This document shows, piece by piece, positions 48,823-55,616 of a stretch of DNA of 55,616 nucleotides. The position numbers were made by a program, and so were the translations under genes. Source of the stretch: Octopus bimaculoides (Eukaryota). The stretch covers positions 118,595,482 through 118,651,097 of the forward strand of contig NC_068981.1 of assembly GCF_001194135.2 (NCBI RefSeq), written 5' to 3'. The notes under the pieces are model-generated. The model did no database searches. It had not been told where the DNA came from and saw only the letters and a program-made list of their open reading frames with translations. Each line of letters opens with the position of its first letter. Position 1 is the stretch's first letter.

Positions 48823-50563
48823 TATATACCATAAAGTATATAACATGGGCTTAAGATTAATGCAAATATTAGTCTCGTTTTGGCTAAGCGCCAGATCCCT
48901 TATTTAGAGAAGGTAGGGAAATTGTTTCTAATGATATTCAGATATTTAATAGATTATTAAAAACAATCTAGTTGAAGTGAATTACTTGTAAACCTAGAAT
49001 GAATAAGTATATAAATTCAGTTTGGTGCCATTTCACTTCTCTGAAATTTATCCAAATATTACGGTACAAATGTTATTAGGGTATGAACTATGTAACTCCG
49101 TTTTCCTAGCTCAAATTCTTCTCAGTCGGATATCTTTGATTTCCTTAGGTTCAGTTGTAAACATATCACTAAGATACTTGTGTTGTATTAATTGAAGACA
49201 CTTCCCCGTCACGTATTGACCTTGAATTTTGTAAAATGAAATTTATAGGAGATATAATAATACCTTTGCGACCTAATCTGGCTATTATTAAGACAAAGAA
49301 GATTAAAGGTATTAGCATATGAGATAGCCTTCAACAAAGTAGAGTTATAATGATCATAATAGTTATTCTGAGATAGAGAAAAAAATGAGGATTTTTTAAG
49401 GAAATAAAGGAGAGTTACTGTGCGCGGGCCAATAAACATTGACAGAAGGATTCCTACTTGGATTCACGCCTGGATGCATCATCGGGATTAATGAGAACTT
49501 TCCCACACACACAGATACAAACACACATACATACATATACATACCTACATACATGCATCTACTATGTATTTATTTATATTTGTGTGTGTGTGTGTGTGTG
49601 TGTGTATGCGTGTGTGTGTGTGCATGTAAAACATCAGCACGAGAGGAATTGTATTTACATGTATCAAATTCATAAACGTTTTAAAATACTAGACGCAAGT
49701 TCACATGTTTCTAACAAAGGGATGTTAAAGTTCACTCTGCCACAGAGACATAATTATTTTCAAGGAAAAAAAGTGAAGTGAAATGCTTTCCAGCAGAGAA
49801 TGAAACCAAGTCATCAATACAAGTAACTCTAAATGAAGAGACTAGAGAAATAAAATTATTAAGGACCCGTAATTTCTTGAAGCATCGTCTCCCTAAGACT
49901 GCTTCATCAAACCATCCTATTTTTCTTACAACAGGTAAGGAAGCAATTTTAGGAATATTCATCTGCTATTTGAAGGTCAACAAACCATTTAAAGGTTGAT
50001 TCATTATCAGGTCACAATTTTACCTTCAATTTACCTAATAAAAATAAATTAAATATTGATACCGTCCCAGCCACACATGCATATATAAATAGCTCACGTG
50101 ATTTTGACTCATTAATCAATATTAATGAATGAAATGTACAGACAAATGTGAATACACGCATAGAGACAAACTCATTACCAACATTCTCGAAAACATAACA
50201 TATAAATATGCCTATAATGAAGAGAGAGGGGAAAAAAAGATTAAAATATTCATATAGAGATAATGAGGGAGGCGGAGAGGAGGCAGGGAAGAGAAGGAGT
50301 GCAAGATGAGGAAAATGGGTAGGAGGGGAAAGGAAAAAGAAGGGAAAGAAACGAAGTGAAGAGCAAGAGTGGTATGAAGAGAGAGACAGAAGGGAGAGGT
50401 GGGGGAAAGAAAGCGAGAATAGAATTAAAAGAATAGAAAGAGGGATTAAAGAGATTGAGAGTGGAGTTGCAGGAGACGAAAAAGTACATACAATCACTAC
50501 GTAGTACATGCACACCCATTCACACACAAACAAATACTCATATACACATACATCTGTATATAC

Positions 50564-50609
<46 letters not shown>

Positions 50610-50631
50610 TTATTTATTTATTTATATATAC

Positions 50632-51033
50632 AGGCGCAGGATGGCTGTGTGGTGAGTAGCTTGCTCACCAACCACATGGTGCCGGGCTCCGTCCCACTGC
50701 GTGGCACCTTGGACAAGTGTCTTCTACTATAGCCCCGGGCCGACCAAAGCCTTGTGAGTGGATTTGGTAGACGGAAACTGAAAGAAGCCCGTCGTATATG
50801 TATATATGTATATATACATGTGTGTATATATTTGTTTGTCTGTGTTTGTCTCCCCTGCCATCACTTGACAACCAATGCTGGTGTACTTACGTCCCTGTAA
50901 CTGAGCGGTTCGGCAAAACAGACCGATAGAATGAGTACTAGGCTTACAAAGAATAAGCTCTGAGGACGATTTGCCCGACTAAAGGCGGTCCTCCAGCAAG
51001 GCCGCAGTCAAATGACTGAAACAATTAAAAGAG
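50632..51033 (+). mobile_element. SINE family A, full-length reference copy
   Basis: AGGCGCAGGATGGCTGTGTGG head with A/B-box-like motifs, a (TA/TG) linker and the 3' tail GACTGAAACAATTAAAAGAG. Confidence 0.92.
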
Positions 51034-51064
<31 letters not shown>

Positions 51065-51071
51065 ACATACT

Positions 51072-51115
<44 letters not shown>

Positions 51116-51121
51116 TACATA

Positions 51122-52292
51122 CAGGGTGCGTTGGGTAAATTGTCGCCATTTTATATTTTCGATTTCGTGCATGCGCATTGTTTGTTTTTGATTTTGTTGA
51201 CTACACTATATAGTAAGATCAGTTGGGCACCGTCTATGATAAAAACACCACCATCACGCAATTTACCCTGCCTGAAATTTGGATACGATATGCTACTCTG
51301 CTTGCCATTTACACCGGAAGCTCCAATACGAACATTTCAGGGTGCTTGGGTATCAAGCTGGGGACAGGATTCGGAAAGAGTTGGATGAGTCTAATGGTAA
51401 TTACGAAGGTACGGCAGCTCGAAAGACTCACTCTAATCGTTCTGATAAGAAATGAACTCCTGAATTTGTTGGTGAGATCTAGGCCATGATTGACAACGAT
51501 CCCTCCAAGTCAATCAGGTCTATCGCCAGAGACAGGGGAGTGTTTGAGTTTCTTATCAGGTAGGTAGTGCATGAAGACATTTGACATTCCAAATACAAGA
51601 GGAAAGATCGCGCTATGAAGCTTTTGAACAAAATCAAGCATCCCCTCCAACCGAACGTCCTTTGGTTTTTCTCAGACGAGAAAAATTTCTGCCAGGATCA
51701 GAGGGTGAACACACAGAACGACCGTTGACTTGCCGTATCTCCAAAATATGTACCGAGAGTGATAAAAATCAAACGTCCAGTCAACATCATGGTGTTTGGT
51801 GTGATCACTAGTGATGGCAACGTTATGCTTCCATTCATCTTCCCACACGGCCTCAGGCTCAACACGGTGGCCTACATCAAGTGCCTGAGGGAGATAGTGC
51901 CATCCTGGGTCAAGATGGTGGCTGCTGGAGGACCCCATGTCTAGCAACAGGGTTTTGCATCATACCACACAATCAGGAGTACCAGTCATAGCTGTCAGAC
52001 AATTTCTGTGACCACATCACCCTTATCATTTGGCCACCTACCCGACTGCAACCCCCTTGATTATTATGCGTGGGGCGCAGTTGAGCGAGAGACCAACAAA
52101 ACTCTTTGTAGCATCAAAGATGAACTGAAGGCAAGGATTATGGCAGCATTCACCAACTTAAAGGAGGAGACCGTCCAGAAGAGAAGCAGAGATGGCGATG
52201 TTATTGAATAAATTTACTCTTTAGTATTTCAAGATATTTTCATGTAATTTTGATAAATGTATCTGTTAAAATGAGATGTCAGTGTTATTTTC
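51122..52292 (+). mobile_element. maT-like (DD37D) Tc1/mariner transposon; right end in gap
   Basis: TA|CAGGGTG start inside (TA)n. Decayed transposase with FFSDEKNF, IMVFGVI, and SDNFCDHIT..IWPP..PDCNPLDYYAWG. The D37D spacing is reconstructed across frameshifts. Confidence 0.8.
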
Positions 52293-52984
52293 NNNNNNNN
52301 NNNNNNNNNNNNNNNNNNNNNNNNNNNNNNNNNNNNNNNNNNNNNNNNNNNNNNNNNNNNNNNNNNNNNNNNNNNNNNNNNNNNNNNNNNNNNNNNNNNN
52401 NNNNNNNNNNNNNNNNNNNNNNNNNNNNNNNNNNNNNNNNNNNNNNNNNNNNNNNNNNNNNNNNNNNNNNNNNNNNNNNNNNNNNNNNNNNNNNNNNNNN
52501 NNNNNNNNNNNNNNNNNNNNNNNNNNNNNNNNNNNNNNNNNNNNNNNNNNNNNNNNNNNNNNNNNNNNNNNNNNNNNNNNNNNNNNNNNNNNNNNNNNNN
52601 NNNNNNNNNNNNNNNNNNNNNNNNNNNNNNNNNNNNNNNNNNNNNNNNNNNNNNNNNNNNNNNNNNNNNNNNNNNNNNNNNNNNNNNNNNNNNNNNNNNN
52701 NNNNNNNNNNNNNNNNNNNNNNNNNNNNNNNNNNNNNNNNNNNNNNNNNNNNNNNNNNNNNNNNNNNNNNNNNNNNNNNNNNNNNNNNNNNNNNNNNNNN
52801 NNNNNNNNNNNNNNNNNNNNNNNNNNNNNNNNNNNNNNNNNNNNNNNNNNNNNNNNNNNNNNNNNNNNNNNNNNNNNNNNNNNNNNNNNNNNNNNNNNNN
52901 NNNNNNNNNNNNNNNNNNNNNNNNNNNNNNNNNNNNNNNNNNNNNNNNNNNNNNNNNNNNNNNNNNNNNNNNNNNNNNNNNNNN

Positions 52985-53335
52985 AGTAAAGTTAGATTTA
53001 ACTTTGAATTTGTGTCCCTCTTTGAAGAGGAATTCTGAACCTTCTAGAATGTTTTGGCATGTTGCACAATTTGGTCGACCACATTTTTTTACTTTCGCAT
53101 CTGTTGTTTCGGAAAATAATTTTGCCTTTGTGAGGATCTTTTTCAGTGATTTTGGTTGTTTGTGGCTTTTGATGATTTTGTGTGTGTGTAAAATTTCCTT
53201 TAATTTGGTGTCCTTATGTAGCATTGGTATGTTTTGGGTGATGATGGTGAAGGCTTCTTTGTTTCTGGGGTTGTATGTGGATATGTACGACAGTATTTTC
53301 GGGGAATGTGTGTTGCTGTGTTTAACTTTTCTTAA
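52985..53335 (-). mobile_element. Penelope-like element fragment (RT-to-GIY-YIG linker)
   Basis: Open frame ISTYNPRN..IIKSHKQPKSLKKILTKAK..KKCGRPNCATC..FKVKSNFT, with the linker cysteines that precede GIY-YIG. It runs into the gap. Confidence 0.8.
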
Positions 53336-53860
53336 GGACATTTTTGATTGAGATTTTGGTCACATGTTGACCAAGGTGTGTCGGAATCAAAAACAGGTCC
53401 TCAGACTGTAGGCTGAGTGTAGAGAGTTCTTTGGCTTTTTCTTCGCTGTTGAAGCGAACTTGTATTGTCGCATGTCTCTTCCACCAGTTCACATAATTCT
53501 TACATGCTCATACGAGACGCAAACATTTTTCGATCAGCTCCTGTGGTGCTTGTTCTGATCTGCGTGTTTTCGCGTTGATGACTTTATACACGATTGTTTT
53601 TCTTTGTGTGATGTCTAAGATATTTTGTGGGATGTTGAGGTGTAAATTTGAATCTTTTATCTGTGAAGTGTAGTATTGTCTTTTTTTGCTTTAAGGCTTC
53701 TGCAAAATTTGATTTGTTTTTGTTTTTGTTGTTGCTAGTGGCGGTGGTGGTGGTGGTTTTGGTGACAGCGGCGTTCAAGCTCAGGCTCAGCAACTAATCT
53801 TTTCAAACCGTCATTGGCAATAATAGCAGCAGCGGTATTTGCGCTGAGATCTCTACTTTT
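53335..53860 (-). mobile_element. 5' UTR plus ORF1 N-terminal fragment of an L1/Tx1-like LINE
   Basis: After two frameshifts it reads SNFAEAL..KTIVYKVI..ELIEKCL..TIQVRFNSEEKA..LIPTHLG..ISIKNV, collinear with ORF 14693-15172. Confidence 0.55.
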
Positions 53861-53976
53861 GCTTTCCCAATTTGTGTGTGTGTGTGTGTGTGTGCGTGCG
53901 AATTATTTGCTTTTGGTACCGGGAGGCTAATTCGATTCCAGGCAGTGACCTAAATAATAATAATAATAATAATAAC

Positions 53977-54161
53977 ATCGAAAAATACCTTAGGAATGAT
54001 AACCCAGGTTCGGAATTTCCCCCAAGACACCTGATGAAGGTTGGAGGGTATATCAGCTGAAACGTTGTGTTATCAACAAACAAGGTGAGGATAAATATCC
54101 GTCAAATGTAAATAATGTAAATAATGTATATAATTCCTCATCTCTTAAATATAGAACTGTA
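53977..54161 (+). mobile_element. Penelope-like pseudo-LTR
   Basis: Same unit as 3779-3957 (reverse complement), located between (TAA)n and (TAGA)n. Contains a hammerhead motif. Confidence 0.75.
54026..54071 (+). ncRNA. Minimal hammerhead ribozyme motif (Penelope-type)
   Basis: GACAC-CTGATGA-A-GGTTGG-agggtata-TCAGCT-GAAA-CG-TT-GTGTT. Stem I is GACAC/GTGTT and stem II is fully paired with G-U pairs. Confidence 0.78.
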
Positions 54162-54162
54162 T

Positions 54163-54230
<68 letters not shown>

Positions 54231-55029
54231 CGTATGTATATACAATATATGTGTGTGCATGTATGTTTCTCTGTTTATATGCTTGCATGTATATATGATC
54301 TTATCGAAGTCAGAGTAATTAGGTTGCCCCAACCCTTCAGGTAAATGACGTGTTTGTTCATCAAACAACTAAGCTCATTACTTTCCACCTGGCCACTGTA
54401 AGCATAAAATAGAAGACACAGAAATTTCAAGCACGCAAGCAAATATGTATGTTTAAGAGATACGTGCATGTATGTTTAGGAATACATGTGTGACTGTGTG
54501 TATGAGTGATATATGTCTGCTTGCGTCTGTGTATATGTTTGTTTCCTTTCTTTTTTATCTGTGTGTATGTTTGCATGTATGTATGCATGTGTGCGNNNNN
54601 NNNNNTATATGTTTGTTTCCTTTCTTTTTTATCTGTGTGTATGTTTGCATGTATGTATGCATGTGTGCGTTTGTGTGCAATTACATGTGTGTATGTGAGT
54701 TAATATGTATGTGTGACTGGACGTTACAATTGGGTGTAAGCTTTCTGTATGTTCCTGTCAATCTGTGTATGTGTGTGTGAGTGAGTGTGTGTGTGTGCGT
54801 GTGTGCGTGTGTGTGAGCGTGTATGACTCGGCATGTATTACAATTTCAAATAAGCGGTGAGGCATTGCACAAAAGATAAACCGGTTTTGCCCTAACAACA
54901 ACCCATCCCTTCCCCATTCGCCACCACAGAGATAATGACCCATTGATGAACAAGGTAAGAGCCTACTGAGTAATCTAAATATATTATAAATATCTAATGT
55001 CCACTCATGCATAATCATTTCTGCTATAA

Positions 55030-55230
55030 GCACAAGACCCGAAATTTAGTAGGAGGGTATAGACGATTACATCGATTTCAGTGTTCAATTGGTACTTACT
55101 TTACTGACCTTCACTGAAAGGATGAAAGGAAAAGTCGACCTCAGCGGAATTTGAACTCAGAATGTAAAGACAGACGCTATGTCACTAAGTATTGTGTCCG
55201 GCGTGCTAACGACTCTGCTAGCTTACTACC
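55030..55230 (-). mobile_element. SINE family C
   Basis: gaaaggatgaaaggaaaagtcgacctcagcggaatttgaactcagaa core and head. Confidence 0.85.
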
Positions 55231-55264
55231 TTGTTTGCTCATATAATATCAATAACAGCATCTT

Positions 55265-55616
55265 GTTGTTGGCACTCCGTCGCTTACGACGTCGAGGGTT
55301 CCAGTTGATCCGATCAACGGAACAGCCTGCTCGTGAAATTAACGTGCAAGTGGCTGAGCACTCCACAGACACGTACACCCTTAACGTAGTTCTCGGAGAT
55401 ATTAAGCGTGACACAGTGTGACAAGGCTGACCCTTTGAATTACAGGCACAACAGAGACAAGAAGTAAGAGTGAGAGAAAGGTGTGGTGGAAGAGTACAGC
55501 AGGGTTCGCCACCATCCCCTGCCGGAGCTTCGTGGAGCTTTAGGTGTTTTCGCTCAATAAACACTCACAACGCCCGGTCTAGGAATCGAAGCCGCGAGCC
55601 TGCTGCCCTAACCACT
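55265..55616 (-). mobile_element. SINE family B, cut by the window edge
   Basis: Near-identical to 48446-48822. Confidence 0.92.

Noticed and set aside
50210-50480. Long purine-rich tract (also 16820-17040, 18250-18380)
   Set aside because: Low-complexity GA DNA with no clear mirror symmetry or coding signal.
54531-54670. 65-bp perfect tandem duplication
   Set aside because: The copies are separated by a 10-N gap, typical of unmerged contig overlap.

Overview
This is AT-rich, gappy eukaryotic DNA made up largely of repeats. The tRNA-derived SINE families and dense microsatellites point to an octopus/coleoid cephalopod genome, which is an inference from repeat content. No host protein-coding exon, rRNA or true tRNA gene could be supported, so the window looks intronic or intergenic. 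It holds a non-autonomous Helitron and four Tc1/mariner/pogo-superfamily relics: a DD36E Tc1, a DD34D mariner nested in a piggyBac-like shell, a maT-like element and an internally deleted Tigger. It also holds two R4-clade restriction-endonuclease LINEs, a split I-group LINE, two L1/Tx1-like ORF1 heads, Penelope-like pieces and about 20 SINE copies. The most interesting signals are: (1) minimal hammerhead ribozymes in Penelope pseudo-LTRs, two of them arranged as a palindrome; (2) an R4 family that appears to target (CATA)n; (3) LINE 5' heads fused to 3' parts of unrelated retroelements; (4) the DD36E transposase; (5) a 570-bp foldback and a perfect 18-bp palindrome. All family assignments come from motifs read by eye, not from database searches.
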